From: Candidatus Latescibacterota bacterium | GTDB taxonomy: Bacteria > Latescibacterota > UBA2968 | Direction: 5' to 3' | DNA length: 64,000 nucleotides | NCBI GenBank assembly: GCA_965222605.1 | Contig: OZ244960.1 | Coordinates: 2,816,001 to 2,880,000 of the forward strand | Part shown: piece by piece, positions 30,408 through 40,661 of the stretch | Position numbering within the stretch: the first letter of the stretch is position 1 | Layout: every line of letters starts with the position of its first letter | Made by a program: the position numbers and the translations under genes | The notes under the pieces: generated by a model | The model's input: the letters and a program-made list of their open reading frames with translations, nothing else | Databases searched by the model: none | Told to the model about the DNA's origin: nothing

Positions 30408-32620
30408 ACAAACAGGGAACCATAGAACGTTCCATAGGTCTTGCAGGTGCTACGGGAGTGGGCATTGGCGCCATGGTCGGAGGCGGCATACTGGCACTTG
30501 CAGGCGTGGCCTATGCGACCACCGGACCGGCGACACTTGCCGTCTTCGCTGCCAATGGTGTAATAGCAATACTGACTGCATTGAGCTTTGCCGAGATGTC
30601 AACCGCATTTCCCCAGTCCGGCGGCACCTATACATTTGCCAAAAACGTATTGTCCGTACGCGCGGCTTTCGCTTTTGGATGGGTGGGCTGGTTTGCATCC
30701 ATCGTCGCCGGCGTACTCTACGCGATGGGGTTTGCATCCTATGCTGCGATAGCACTGCAAGAATGCGGACGTCTTCTCTTTGGCATTGCACCAGAATGGC
30801 TCGTTGGCCAGGCGATGGTTGCAACGCTGGCCATCTGTGCAACAGCCTATTATACCTTCGGCCTCATTCGCACGAGCGGGGGCGGGGACAACTGGATCAA
30901 TTTTGCAAAAATGATCGTTTTTGCCGTGCTTATCGGCGGCGGTCTATGGGCACTCACAGGCCGCAGTCTAACGGCTATACACACCAGCCTGACCCCATTC
31001 CTCACCCATGGTACAGCGGGATTTTTTCAAGCCATGGGATATACCTTTATTGTTCTCCAGGGATTTGACCTCATCGCCGCCATTGCCGGCGAAGTGCGCG
31101 CCCCCGAACGCACATTGCCGCGAGCCATGCTCTTGTCTCTCGCAGCGGCTCTGGGCGTCTATTTGCCCCTGCTCTTTGTGATTGCGACTGTAGGTGTGCC
31201 GCCTGGACAGACGATTGGTGCCCTCAGTGCCAAACACCCCGAAGTGGTGGTGGCTCTGGCGGCGCGACATTTTCTGGGTGAAACGGGTTTCTGGCTCGTG
31301 CTGGTCGCCGCCATTTTGTCTATGCTATCGGCACTACAGTCCAATTTGCTCGCGGCTTCCCGCGTGGCCCTCACCATGGCACAAGACCGCACCCTTCCCG
31401 CACCTATTGGCGAAGTACACATTCGCTACAAAACGCCCATAACAGCAATCTGTGTCAGTGCCCTGACAATGGCAACGCTGCTGCTGGTCGTGCCCGATGT
31501 AGCGGCTGCCAGCGCTGCGGCGAGTTTGATTTTTCTCATCTCTTTTGCCATGACGCACTGGACCAGCATCCTGGCCCGAACGCGACGGCGAACACCCGCA
31601 CCATTCCACACGCCATTTTTCCCGCTCATACCCGTCACAGGCGGTTTGTGTTGCGCTGGATTGGCACTCTTTCAAGCCCTGTCCGTGCCCACCGCCGGTT
31701 TGATCTCGGCGGTATGGGTGGGACTGGGCGGATTATTGTATTGGGCATTACTGGCGCGTCGCGCGCGCGTTGTAGATGCCTCTGCAGAGGCACTCGACCC
31801 GCAATTGCTTCAAATGCGCGGCCGCAGTCCGCTGGTCCTCGTACCCGTGGCCAATCCTCAAAATGCCTCGGCCATGGTCGCAGTTGCCCACGCGCTCGCA
31901 CCGCAGGGCGTGGGGCGCGTGTTGTTATTGTCTGTCGTAGCCGCGCCAGAAGAGGAGTGGCAGGAGGGAGATCCACCCCATTCCTTACACGATACACAGA
32001 CAGTGCTCAGAGAAGCCGTAACAGCCTCGTTTGCCGCTGGAATGGCACCCGAAGCACTGATGACCATCGCGCCACAACCCTGGCTCGAGATTGTGCGGGT
32101 TTCTCGCGCGCATCGCTGCGAGAGTTTGTTATTGGGTTTGAGCGATGTCAACAGCGCCCATTTAGAAGAACTCATCAGTTCTGTGGCGTGCGATGTGGTC
32201 GTTTTGCACACGCCACCGGGCTGGCACTTAAAAAACGTGCATCGCGTACTGGTGCCCACGCGAAGTCTTGATGCCCACGACAAATTTCGCGCCCGCTTGC
32301 TGGGCAGTTTGTGCCGCACGGGCAACCGCGAAGTCACATTTTTGCAGGTATTACCCGAGCATGCCACCGACTTTCAGTGTGACCGCGCACAGCGCAGACT
32401 GGCGCAGTTTGCAAATGAAGAAGTTCCCACCAGAGCCGATGCCCTGGTGGTGCGCCACAACAAACCCCTCGAAGAAATTACGCGCCAGGCAAATAATTAC
32501 GACCTGGCGATTTTGGGATTGGAGCGCGTGGGCAAAAACCGCAGACAATTTGGTCAACTCGCACCAGTTCTCGCACAAAATATCAATTGCGCCACCATCA
32601 TGATCAGCAGACGAGGATGA
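30404..32620 (+). CDS. APC amino acid permease with C-terminal universal-stress-protein-like domains
   Basis: ATG 30404; GAMVGGGI, FPQSGGTY, GFDLIA..AGEV; VLVPVANP USP-like start. Confidence 0.87.
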   Translation: MNKQGTIERSIGLAGATGVGIGAMVGGGILALAGVAYATTGPATLAVFAANGVIAILTALSFAEMSTAFPQSGGTYTFAKNVLSVRAAFAFGWVGWFASIVAGVLYAMGFASYAAIALQECGRLLFGIAPEWLVGQAMVATLAICATAYYTFGLIRTSGGGDNWINFAKMIVFAVLIGGGLWALTGRSLTAIHTSLTPFLTHGTAGFFQAMGYTFIVLQGFDLIAAIAGEVRAPERTLPRAMLLSLAAALGVYLPLLFVIATVGVPPGQTIGALSAKHPEVVVALAARHFLGETGFWLVLVAAILSMLSALQSNLLAASRVALTMAQDRTLPAPIGEVHIRYKTPITAICVSALTMATLLLVVPDVAAASAAASLIFLISFAMTHWTSILARTRRRTPAPFHTPFFPLIPVTGGLCCAGLALFQALSVPTAGLISAVWVGLGGLLYWALLARRARVVDASAEALDPQLLQMRGRSPLVLVPVANPQNASAMVAVAHALAPQGVGRVLLLSVVAAPEEEWQEGDPPHSLHDTQTVLREAVTASFAAGMAPEALMTIAPQPWLEIVRVSRAHRCESLLLGLSDVNSAHLEELISSVACDVVVLHTPPGWHLKNVHRVLVPTRSLDAHDKFRARLLGSLCRTGNREVTFLQVLPEHATDFQCDRAQRRLAQFANEEVPTRADALVVRHNKPLEEITRQANNYDLAILGLERVGKNRRQFGQLAPVLAQNINCATIMISRRG

Positions 32621-32633
32621 AAGGAAAAACATC

Positions 32634-33476
32634 ATGGACGCGAAAAAATGGTTGCAACACTGCGCGACAGACGCGCAACTCAAACAGTTTAACGACGAGG
32701 GATATTTGATCGTCGAAGACGCCCTATCTCCCGACCTGCTCGCGCGATTGAATGACGCCGTCGATCAGGTAGAAGCGCGGGAGCGCGCGGCAAAGGGGCT
32801 GAAATCAGATGCTTTGTTGAGCAAATTCCGAACCGTTGTGGAAGACGATGCCTTTCTGGAATTGCTCGATAATCCCAAAACATTTCCCTTATTATGGGAT
32901 ATTTTGGGATGGAATATCCAGCTCTATATTTCCCATCTGATCGTGTATCCCCCCGAAAAAAAGAAACGCGAGATTAACCCGGGCGGCTGGCATCAAGACG
33001 GCGGACGACCCGTGCCCGAGATGGAACGCCCCCACCCGCGCTTATCTCTGAAAATCAGTTATTGGTTAAGCGATGTTGACACGCCAGAACACGGCGCAAT
33101 GCAAATTGTGCCGCGCAGTCACAAACTGGACACAAAACCCGAAGGATGCGATGCCGGCAAGGGAGTGATGCCCGTATGTGTCAAGGCGGGAACAGCCGTG
33201 CTTTTTGACCGCAGAATGTGGCACCGGCGCGGGATTAACACATCCGATGTGACGCGCCGCGTACTATTCTTTGGCTACAGTTATCGCTGGCTGCGGGGGC
33301 TGGATTACAACCTCATACCCGAAGATATACTCAGCAAATGCGACCCCATCCGCCGTCAGCTACTCGGCGATGGCATAGACGTAAAAGGCTGGTGGCAACC
33401 CACAGAAGCCGATGTCCCCCTCAAAAGTTGGCTGCGCGAACACAGAGGCGAAGAATATCTCAAGGCACTGGGATAG
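32634..33476 (+). CDS. PhyH family dioxygenase
   Basis: FNDEGYL, GWHQDG, FDRRMWH. Confidence 0.87.
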   Translation: MDAKKWLQHCATDAQLKQFNDEGYLIVEDALSPDLLARLNDAVDQVEARERAAKGLKSDALLSKFRTVVEDDAFLELLDNPKTFPLLWDILGWNIQLYISHLIVYPPEKKKREINPGGWHQDGGRPVPEMERPHPRLSLKISYWLSDVDTPEHGAMQIVPRSHKLDTKPEGCDAGKGVMPVCVKAGTAVLFDRRMWHRRGINTSDVTRRVLFFGYSYRWLRGLDYNLIPEDILSKCDPIRRQLLGDGIDVKGWWQPTEADVPLKSWLREHRGEEYLKALG

Positions 33477-33498
33477 CGATTGACCAGAATAACAGATT

Positions 33499-33530
33499 GA
33501 GCCATAACAGATAAATGTTATGGCTCTTTG
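33499..33530. terminator. Hairpin between convergent genes
   Basis: GAGCCATAACA-N6-TGTTATGGCTC followed by TTT. Confidence 0.55.
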
Positions 33531-33565
33531 CTTTATAATATTAAGGGAGAAATCCCACCAGATTC

Positions 33566-34390
33566 TCATCCGCGCTCATCAAAAGACCACAATTTGAGAA
33601 TCGTCTTACACAAAATCCATTCGAGATCGTCATCGGTAAAAAACATATGGTTGCGTATCAAGTCCAGAGACCCCCTGTACCCACAACTCCTGAACACATG
33701 GGGAAAGTCCGTCCCCCACATCAACCGCTCGGGGCCATACACATCGTATATGCGCTTGATCATATCATGCGTATCGCGGTGCGGATAGGGCATTGTGGAT
33801 CGCTGTTCCACATTGGAAATTTTGACATAAACATTGGGATATTGACCCCAGTTGAGCAAATTGGTGAGCAAGGGTTTGGGGTCGGGTTCATCCGCGGGGA
33901 TATTGGCAATGTGGTCAACCACAACATTGACCTCGGGAAATCGGGCAATAATGGGTTCGATAGGCTGATGATCCTCAGTTCCGCCAAACAGATTGAAGCA
34001 CAGACCGAGATCCCGGGCACGCGCCCACAGCGGATCTTTGTCAGATGCAGACAGACCCGCAGGATCTCCATAACGCGACAGATGAATGCGCATCCCGCCA
34101 AACCCCTCTTCTTTATGCAGGCGCTCCAACTCATCCGCTGCATCGGGTGATGTGGGATCCACAAGCGCCTGCGCCGCGAGTTTATCGGGATACCGTTTGA
34201 GACAGTCCGCGACATACCGATTGTCAAAAAGATAGTGGATCGGCTGAACAATAACCGCTTTATCCACCCCCGCTTCATCCATCGTCTCAAACAAAAGCTC
34301 GACCGAACCCGCCTCATTGGGACGACTGGGACCGTAGGGATAGGTTTCCTCGTCATCGCTCCACACATGGAGATGGGGATCAATAATCAT
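33566..34390 (-). CDS. Amidohydrolase_2 family protein
   Basis: IIDPHLHVW, VVVDHI, YVKIS, LMWGTDFP. Confidence 0.88.
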   Translation of the reverse strand: MIIDPHLHVWSDDEETYPYGPSRPNEAGSVELLFETMDEAGVDKAVIVQPIHYLFDNRYVADCLKRYPDKLAAQALVDPTSPDAADELERLHKEEGFGGMRIHLSRYGDPAGLSASDKDPLWARARDLGLCFNLFGGTEDHQPIEPIIARFPEVNVVVDHIANIPADEPDPKPLLTNLLNWGQYPNVYVKISNVEQRSTMPYPHRDTHDMIKRIYDVYGPERLMWGTDFPHVFRSCGYRGSLDLIRNHMFFTDDDLEWILCKTILKLWSFDERG

Positions 34391-34403
34391 AATAAACCTC
34401 ATT

Positions 34404-34432
34404 GTTGGGGCGGGTTTAAAACCCGCCCGTAC
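34404..34432. repeat. REP-like palindrome
   Basis: GGGCGGGTTTAAAACCCGCCC, intergenic within an apparent operon. Confidence 0.65.
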
Positions 34433-34465
34433 GTTTCTTGGGAGGAATAAAAAACAAAACGCCAA

Positions 34466-35377
34466 TTACCGACCTTCTGGCGTATCTTGCAAAATCTTCT
34501 CAATGCGTTCCAATTCATCATCCGAAAACTCGACATCTGCTGCGCCCACGTGTTCTTTGACCTGATCGGGATCTTTCGCGCCAACGAGCACACAAGTAAC
34601 TTCCTCGCGTCGAAGAAGCCAGGCAATAGCGAATTGGACCATCGTGATATTTTTATCGGCAGCAACGGATTTTAATTCATCTGCCACTGCGAGATAACGG
34701 GCGAAAAGATCGCCTTGAAAGCGGGGCGAACCGGCGCGCTCGTCGTCTTCGGCGAAAATGTGGTCGGGCGCGTATTTGCCCGTGAGCAAACCTTTCCCCA
34801 GGGGACTATGGGCGAGAATACCAATACCCGTTTGTCTGCAAAAACCCAGATCTTCAGCTTCAATATTGCGGTCAAACATATTGTAACGCGGTTGATTCGA
34901 GTGAAATGGGGCAATATCGTACGCCGTTTGCATCTGTGCCGCATTGAAATTGGAAACCCCGATAAAGCGCGTTTTGCCCTGTTCTTGCAGCCGGGCCATA
35001 GTTTCCATACTCTCTTCAATGGGATATTGCGAGTTCCAACTGTGAATCTGGTACAGATCTACGCAATCGACATCGAGATTTCGCAGACTGTTTTCAATGG
35101 CATTTTCAATATCCCCACGAGAATATTGACGACTGACTTTTGTCGCGAGAAAGCACCGCTCGCGATAGCCGTCTTTGAGTGCCCTGCCCAACGTGGCTTC
35201 GCTGGTGCGATATGCCTGTGCAGTATCGAGCAGGGTAATACCGCTATCAATAGCAGTACGCACAGTATCAATACACTCCCTATCGTCCATATTGCCCATA
35301 CCGCCGCCAATGGGCCAGGCACCCAGGCCAATGACCGGGATGTCGGCACCGTCTTTGCCTAATTGTCGATACTTCAT
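34466..35377 (-). CDS. Aldo/keto reductase
   Basis: IGLGAWPIGG, DTAQAY, LATK, DLYQIH, IGVSNF, SPLGKGLLTGK. Confidence 0.92.
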   Translation of the reverse strand: MKYRQLGKDGADIPVIGLGAWPIGGGMGNMDDRECIDTVRTAIDSGITLLDTAQAYRTSEATLGRALKDGYRERCFLATKVSRQYSRGDIENAIENSLRNLDVDCVDLYQIHSWNSQYPIEESMETMARLQEQGKTRFIGVSNFNAAQMQTAYDIAPFHSNQPRYNMFDRNIEAEDLGFCRQTGIGILAHSPLGKGLLTGKYAPDHIFAEDDERAGSPRFQGDLFARYLAVADELKSVAADKNITMVQFAIAWLLRREEVTCVLVGAKDPDQVKEHVGAADVEFSDDELERIEKILQDTPEGR

Positions 35378-35478
35378 GAGACCTCCTTAAAGTTCTGTGC
35401 TTGATATTCAGCGTGTGATGTGATATGTTTTGACAGTTGGGAAAAGGACTTCCCTCTTACTTCACACCTGGATCTTTA

Positions 35479-36645
35479 ATGTCCCTAATCGATACACCCG
35501 ACGCACTCGAAACCCTTGTCAACCGCGCCTTGAACGCGCCCTGTGTGGGCATTGATACAGAATTTGTCTGGGAGCAAACCTATTATCCGCGCCTGGGCAT
35601 TATACAGGTGGGGCTTTCAGAAAATGATTGCCACCTGATAGACGCCGTCACATTGTCTGACCTATCGCCTCTGGGTGCGTTAATAGCAGACCCACACACA
35701 GTAAAAATTTTGCACGATGCACAGCAAGACCTCTGGATATTGAAACGGATAACAGATGCTGTCCCCTGTAATATATTTGATACGCGTTGTGCAGCGGGTT
35801 TTGCGGGCCTGGGTTCAACCCTATCGCTGGGCAATTTGTTGCGCCTGTGTCTCAATATACAATTGCCCAAAACAGAAACACGCACAAACTGGTTGAGGCG
35901 ACCACTATCGGATAATCAACGCGCCTATGCCCTGGATGACGTGCGATATTTGCCCGCCCTTCGCGAACATCTCCTGACCAACATTCATCGGCGAAGCCGA
36001 GAAAACTGGTTGGCAGAAGAACTCCGCAAATACGATATTGCCAAATTGTACGACGACCGCGCACCCGAAGAACAATATACACGCGTAAAAGGTACAGGGC
36101 GGCTTTCAAGACGCGATATGGCCATCGTGCGCGAACTGGCTACCTGGCGCGAACAAAAGGCGCGACAGGTAGATCGTCCCAGAAACCGCGTGATAAGCGA
36201 TGACGCCATCGTGCAAATTGCCCGGCGCAAACCGCAATCAATTCAGTCGTTAAAACGGTTGCGGGGCATTGCGAGGTCAACCATAAATCAGCACGGCAAT
36301 AGCCTCCTCAACGCCGTGCAGTACGGATTGGCAATCGACGAAAAAAATTGCCCTCCCATATCGCTACCTGTGCGTCCCAATCCCTTTGACGATGCGCGTC
36401 TCGATCTCGCCATGGCTTTTTTGCGCGGACAGTGTCTATCAGAAGAGATCGATATCTCAATGGTCGCATCGCGATCAGAAGTCAAAGCATTCATTTCTCC
36501 AAAAAAAAATACGACGGATAATCCGTTGCGTGCGGGTTGGCGATATGAATTTTCAGGCGCAGACCTGACCGCACTTCTGAATGGCAAACACGCCGTCGGC
36601 ATCAATCCCGACACGCGCTTGCCCTGGTTGCTGCGGGATGCGTAA
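35479..36645 (+). CDS. rnd: Ribonuclease D
   Basis: IDTEF, KILHDAQQD, FDT, YALDDV, HRDC region WRE..AR..DRP; GWR near C-terminus. Confidence 0.9.
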   Translation: MSLIDTPDALETLVNRALNAPCVGIDTEFVWEQTYYPRLGIIQVGLSENDCHLIDAVTLSDLSPLGALIADPHTVKILHDAQQDLWILKRITDAVPCNIFDTRCAAGFAGLGSTLSLGNLLRLCLNIQLPKTETRTNWLRRPLSDNQRAYALDDVRYLPALREHLLTNIHRRSRENWLAEELRKYDIAKLYDDRAPEEQYTRVKGTGRLSRRDMAIVRELATWREQKARQVDRPRNRVISDDAIVQIARRKPQSIQSLKRLRGIARSTINQHGNSLLNAVQYGLAIDEKNCPPISLPVRPNPFDDARLDLAMAFLRGQCLSEEIDISMVASRSEVKAFISPKKNTTDNPLRAGWRYEFSGADLTALLNGKHAVGINPDTRLPWLLRDA

Positions 36646-36693
36646 ACGACCACTTACTTTTTGCAGGTGGTGCATCCAGTACGAGCGATTTAT

Positions 36694-37050
36694 TTACTCT
36701 CGATCTGTGACAGCATCTGTTCCAAAAGCGTTACGAAGGGCATCGCGCCCTGGGCCGAATGCATTTTCGTGATCGAGAACCGCTACCTTGCGAGAGGCCA
36801 TTTCCTCTAAAAGAATAGCCACAGGTAGATGGGCAAGTTTTGCGGCAGTCCGCAGGTCAATATGATTTTCCTGATAAGCACGGACAGCTTCTGAAATTCT
36901 GAATTGTTTCATACCCTCCAATACCCACTGTCGCATAAGTGCGGCTTCAGAATAAGCGGTTTCTCCAACCAGTTCAGACAATTGCTTGGCTTCCTCTGAC
37001 GTGAGACGGACTGATTTCGTTACCCGTTTGGGAGAAGATATAGTATTCAT
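36694..37050 (-). CDS. UPF0175-like antitoxin-type protein
   Basis: TKSVRL (RHH-like) then AVRAYQENHIDLRTAAKLA helix-turn-helix-like segment. Confidence 0.6.
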   Translation of the reverse strand: MNTISSPKRVTKSVRLTSEEAKQLSELVGETAYSEAALMRQWVLEGMKQFRISEAVRAYQENHIDLRTAAKLAHLPVAILLEEMASRKVAVLDHENAFGPGRDALRNAFGTDAVTDRE

Positions 37051-37189
37051 TTTTTTTATTTTACCTTTCATCGCGAATTTGATCGATAAACACGCGAGCG
37101 TCTTCTCGTGCCAGCGTATGCGCCAGAGTAGTAATAAATCGACTGCGCGTGATTACTCCCAACGGTAGAGCAGTTGGGCTTCTTGGCGG

Positions 37190-37796
37190 TCAAACCGCCT
37201 GACTTTGTAATCCCAAAGTCAATATGTTTATCGCAGCATTGAGGTCTCTGTCTGCTGTATAGCCACACTTTTTGCAATGATGCACACGATCAGAGAGTGC
37301 TTTCTTCTCGCGGTGTCCACAAGAAGAGCAATCTTGTGAGGTGTACTCAGGATCAACAGCCTTGAATCCAATACCAGCTTCTTCCGCTTTGTATTCGAGA
37401 CAACGCCTAAACAGTGACCACGCTGCGTCTGAGATGCTTTTTGATAAACGACGATTCTTTTGCATCTTTTTGGCGTCTAACTTTTCTGTTGCAACAAAGC
37501 CATACTTATTGACTACTTTCCGAGCCTCTTGATGCACAAAATCATTCCGTCTATTGTCGCGAACCACTTGTCCGTCGCTGTGCGCCTGAGCGTGCAAGAC
37601 TTAGGCATACCCTCAAGTGGTCTGTGAATGTCGCCTGTTGCTCATAGCGCGACAAACTTTCTTTATTCTTTTCCCATGCTTGGACTCTTGCACAGATAAG
37701 TTGATTATACAGCAAGCGACATTCTTCAATGTGCGCCAGTAGGATTTTCTCCTGTTTTTTCGTTGGGCGCAGTCTGTATTTGAAGGATTTAAGCAT
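37190..37796 (-). pseudogene. tnpB: TnpB remnant
   Basis: N-terminal FKYRLRPT..Q...CRLLYN; C-terminal ATEKL, SISDAAW, YTSQDCSSCG, CKKCG, DRDLNAAINI; two frames, RuvC-I region missing. Confidence 0.88.
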
Positions 37797-37802
37797 AATA
37801 AA

Positions 37803-37831
37803 AATATATACTTATGCACATATTTTGTCAA
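37803..37831 (-). promoter_or_regulatory. Sigma70 promoter of tnpB (probably leaderless)
   Basis: TTGACA-N17-TATATT ending 6 nt before the ATG at 37796. Confidence 0.7.
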
Positions 37832-38005
37832 CCTATTTTTCGTGGAACTATTGGACGAATCTCAATGACTCACCGCCCCATAAAACCGTAAGCCCTTCGC
37901 CATGCGACCCAAAGCTAAAGTATTTGGGACTTTCCGGCTATTTGTTAATTTCATCTTCCACGCGGCAGGTCTCTGCGGGAATGGGATAGCGATTGGACAT
38001 AAGAG

Positions 38006-39982
38006 CTACCACCCGTGAACAGAATGTCCATCTTCTGAAAAAAAGGTAAAATCGACAATAGAAGACACACCCACGCCGACGACATAACCGATCACAAGAC
38101 CAAAGAACAAAGGAATACAGCGCCGATAGAGTGAAATGCCACCGACGCGCAGAATAATGAGCTTGGACGCCCATGTCAGAAAAATACTGAAAGCATAGAC
38201 CCGAGAACCCGACATCTTTTGAAAAGCCAGACCTAGAGGATGCAAGGGCCACCACGGGACGCGATTGCGAAGAAGCATAAGCAGACCCGCTTGCCCAAGC
38301 CCAAAAATCCAGACCGCTATTTTACCCGGATCAAAAACCGTTTTATCCGCGCCAACAATAGCGGAAACCATGCGGTCGTACGTGCGAATATTGGACCCGC
38401 TAAAACCCGACAGCCCCAGGTTTTGACCCGCGTAGTTATATCCCAAATGGACAATAAAAAGACACGACCCAAAAAAACCCGAGGCAAAAGCCAGCAGAAC
38501 GATCCAGAAAACCCATCGGCGGCGGACGTCATCCCCTAAAAGTTTGAGATGATGAGGCAGCGCGGGCCATGCGGGAATGCGCGAATTTCCAAAAAATGCA
38601 CTCGAATTAATCACGCCCAATGCAACAGTATTTTGTTGCGTGAGCGTTGCAGTCCCCGTAAAAATCTCGACAATTTGACCCCCCTTGCCGCCAACCGGAA
38701 AAAGATAAGAAAAGCCACTCGCCGCGGTGTATTTTGCCACGGTAAAATACGCTGCATAGAGCAGTAAAAGGTGGAAGAGAGCGAGAAATGGAGACAAACC
38801 CACTGCGACAAACCAGCCGAAAACAAAAATAGTCGCCGCAATAAAACCGAGCATCGCCAGGCGATAAGATACGAGACCGTCATCCGCCTCTCCCGTCATC
38901 GCTGTGCGAAGAACATGCCGCAAATGGCCTCGCGCGACCCATACCGCCCACAAAGCGAGAAAGATGAAAGCACCATGAGATTCTAAAATCAGAATCTCAC
39001 TCGCTTCTGCCTGTTGCCCGGAAATCCCCACATTAAATCCCGTGCGAGCCATCACCCCTTCCTTGACAATGGCGATAAGACGAAAAGCCCAGAAACTGAA
39101 GAGGATATCCAGATTACACATATAAGTAAGCCCCAAAACAGGAGGCAGAATACGCAAATAGAACGATGGGAAATTGCGCGCAATGGGCACCTCTTTGGTC
39201 AAATAACCGTCGTAAATGCCAATTCGAGGCAAACTGATGGCAAAATAACCGAAAATATTCCAGATAAAAACACCGAAAACAATAAAAAACCCCACCCAAA
39301 AGAATTTATTCCGAAAAATGCCGGGTATAACGCGGCCCGGTTCATCAAAGCCCTCGGTCAATGCAATCGGAAAAGCCGCGAGTGGAAAAGTGAGACGCTC
39401 GTTTTCTTCCCATTGCTTTTGAAAAATGACCGAGAGACATAACCCGGCAACAACAAGGGCGATAGATACGGCAAACCACCAGTGCAGCGAAGCCAGCCAG
39501 CCGCGCCAGGGGATGCTTGCGCCATCGGGAAGGCCCTCGTAATACGTACGAATAATTTCGGGCGTTGCCTGGGGCAAACACCACCACGGCAAGATGTCAA
39601 AAAGGACTTCTTCCCATCGGTTTTCGGGCGAGGCGTAATAAAACGGCGTACTGACAATGCCGCCCCAATAGGTCGTCCACCCACTTGCCGAAACCGTACC
39701 CACAATCCACGACATACTGTAGATAACGAGAAGTTCTGTGCTGCGCAAAGCCATGCGAGGCCATGCGAGCTTCAAAATGAGATTGATCACGAGCCATGCG
39801 ACAAAGGGCAAGAGCATGGCCATAGACAATTGCGACTTGACCAGCGACGCAGACCCCAAAATCATGCCCGTGTAATCGCTGTAAATATTGAGCAACGCCG
39901 CAGTAGCCGCACCCAGGACAATGGATCGGACGGTAATACGCCGCGGGCGCGCAGGTTCGGGTTGTGATTTTGGAAGTGCCAT
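38006..39982 (-). CDS. DUF6785/DUF6784-like polytopic membrane protein (putative transporter)
   Basis: YYASPENRW, KQWEENERLTFP, WWPLHPLG, GHSVHGW; paralog of 57946-59931. Confidence 0.72.
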   Translation of the reverse strand: MALPKSQPEPARPRRITVRSIVLGAATAALLNIYSDYTGMILGSASLVKSQLSMAMLLPFVAWLVINLILKLAWPRMALRSTELLVIYSMSWIVGTVSASGWTTYWGGIVSTPFYYASPENRWEEVLFDILPWWCLPQATPEIIRTYYEGLPDGASIPWRGWLASLHWWFAVSIALVVAGLCLSVIFQKQWEENERLTFPLAAFPIALTEGFDEPGRVIPGIFRNKFFWVGFFIVFGVFIWNIFGYFAISLPRIGIYDGYLTKEVPIARNFPSFYLRILPPVLGLTYMCNLDILFSFWAFRLIAIVKEGVMARTGFNVGISGQQAEASEILILESHGAFIFLALWAVWVARGHLRHVLRTAMTGEADDGLVSYRLAMLGFIAATIFVFGWFVAVGLSPFLALFHLLLLYAAYFTVAKYTAASGFSYLFPVGGKGGQIVEIFTGTATLTQQNTVALGVINSSAFFGNSRIPAWPALPHHLKLLGDDVRRRWVFWIVLLAFASGFFGSCLFIVHLGYNYAGQNLGLSGFSGSNIRTYDRMVSAIVGADKTVFDPGKIAVWIFGLGQAGLLMLLRNRVPWWPLHPLGLAFQKMSGSRVYAFSIFLTWASKLIILRVGGISLYRRCIPLFFGLVIGYVVGVGVSSIVDFTFFSEDGHSVHGW

Positions 39983-40205
39983 AATGGTATTTTGGGTAAT
40001 GATATATCGCGCATTTGTCAAGAATGTATTGTAATGGTTATCGCTATAGTTGTTGTGGAGGGGTTTTATTTTCGACCAGATAATTTTCTGAAAGAGGCGA
40101 AAAATGGACCGCAACTTCGACCCAAATTGCGTTGGCTACTCAATAGATGGCGTCTTGATTTTACAAGAATTAAAACCATAGCTAATTGATCAGGTCAACC
40201 TTCAA

Positions 40206-40247
40206 AAAGCGCGTTCACTTATAGTGAGCGCACTTTGTATTTTTTAT
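40206..40247. terminator. Hairpin with T-tract in AT-rich intergenic region
   Basis: AAAGCGCGTTCAC TTATA GTGAGCGCACTTT followed by GTATTTTTTT. Confidence 0.5.
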
Positions 40248-40488
40248 CTTTCCTAAAAACGCGATATGTTCTACATTATCAGGCAAATGCTTCATTTCCC
40301 CCCAATATCTTGTATATCCTCCCCCTCTCAGTTTTTGTTATAAGAACTGTATTTCATCCATTGGTTATAAAAATTGGACGATATACCGCATAAACGGTAT
40401 GGAATTTCGTCTGCATTTTTCTTTTTCAATTATTCTATTTTAATTAAAAATAATAAGTTATGCGTATAATCGCCTGAACAGACTCGCA

Positions 40489-40505
40489 TTGGCACAGATA
40501 TTGCA
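40489..40505 (+). promoter_or_regulatory. Sigma54 (-24/-12) promoter
   Basis: TTGGCACAGATATTGCA with exact GG-N10-GC spacing; IHF-like AAATAATAAGTTA at 40448-40460. Confidence 0.7.
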
Positions 40506-40661
40506 AATAACTATCGGATCCTATCTTGAACAGCGTGATGGGACAGGCCTCAAACTTGCAGAGTATAACTGTCTGTGCCGCGCCATACTTGAGGATTGCG
40601 TGACATCAGTAAATTACTACAAGTTGCATAAAAAAATATGATGCTCAAAAGGAAAAAATAG

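Larger units (their letters stand above)
37149..37944 (-). mobile_element. Non-autonomous IS200/IS605-family element (796 bp) carrying an internally deleted tnpB
   Basis: Inserted 3' of TTAA without target duplication; left-end hairpin GTCCCAAATACTTTAGCTTTGGG; right end GAAGCCCAAC...GTTGGGAGTAATCAC; no tnpA. Confidence 0.85.
37061..38000 (-). pseudogene. yigZ: yigZ (IMPACT family) pseudogene, interrupted by IS605 element and truncated
   Basis: Joining 38000-37945 with 37148-37061 gives MSNRYPIPAETCRVEDEIKRSRFITTLAHTLAREDARVFIDQIRDER*, the YigZ N-terminal E-I-K-x-S-R-F-I pattern. Confidence 0.75.
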
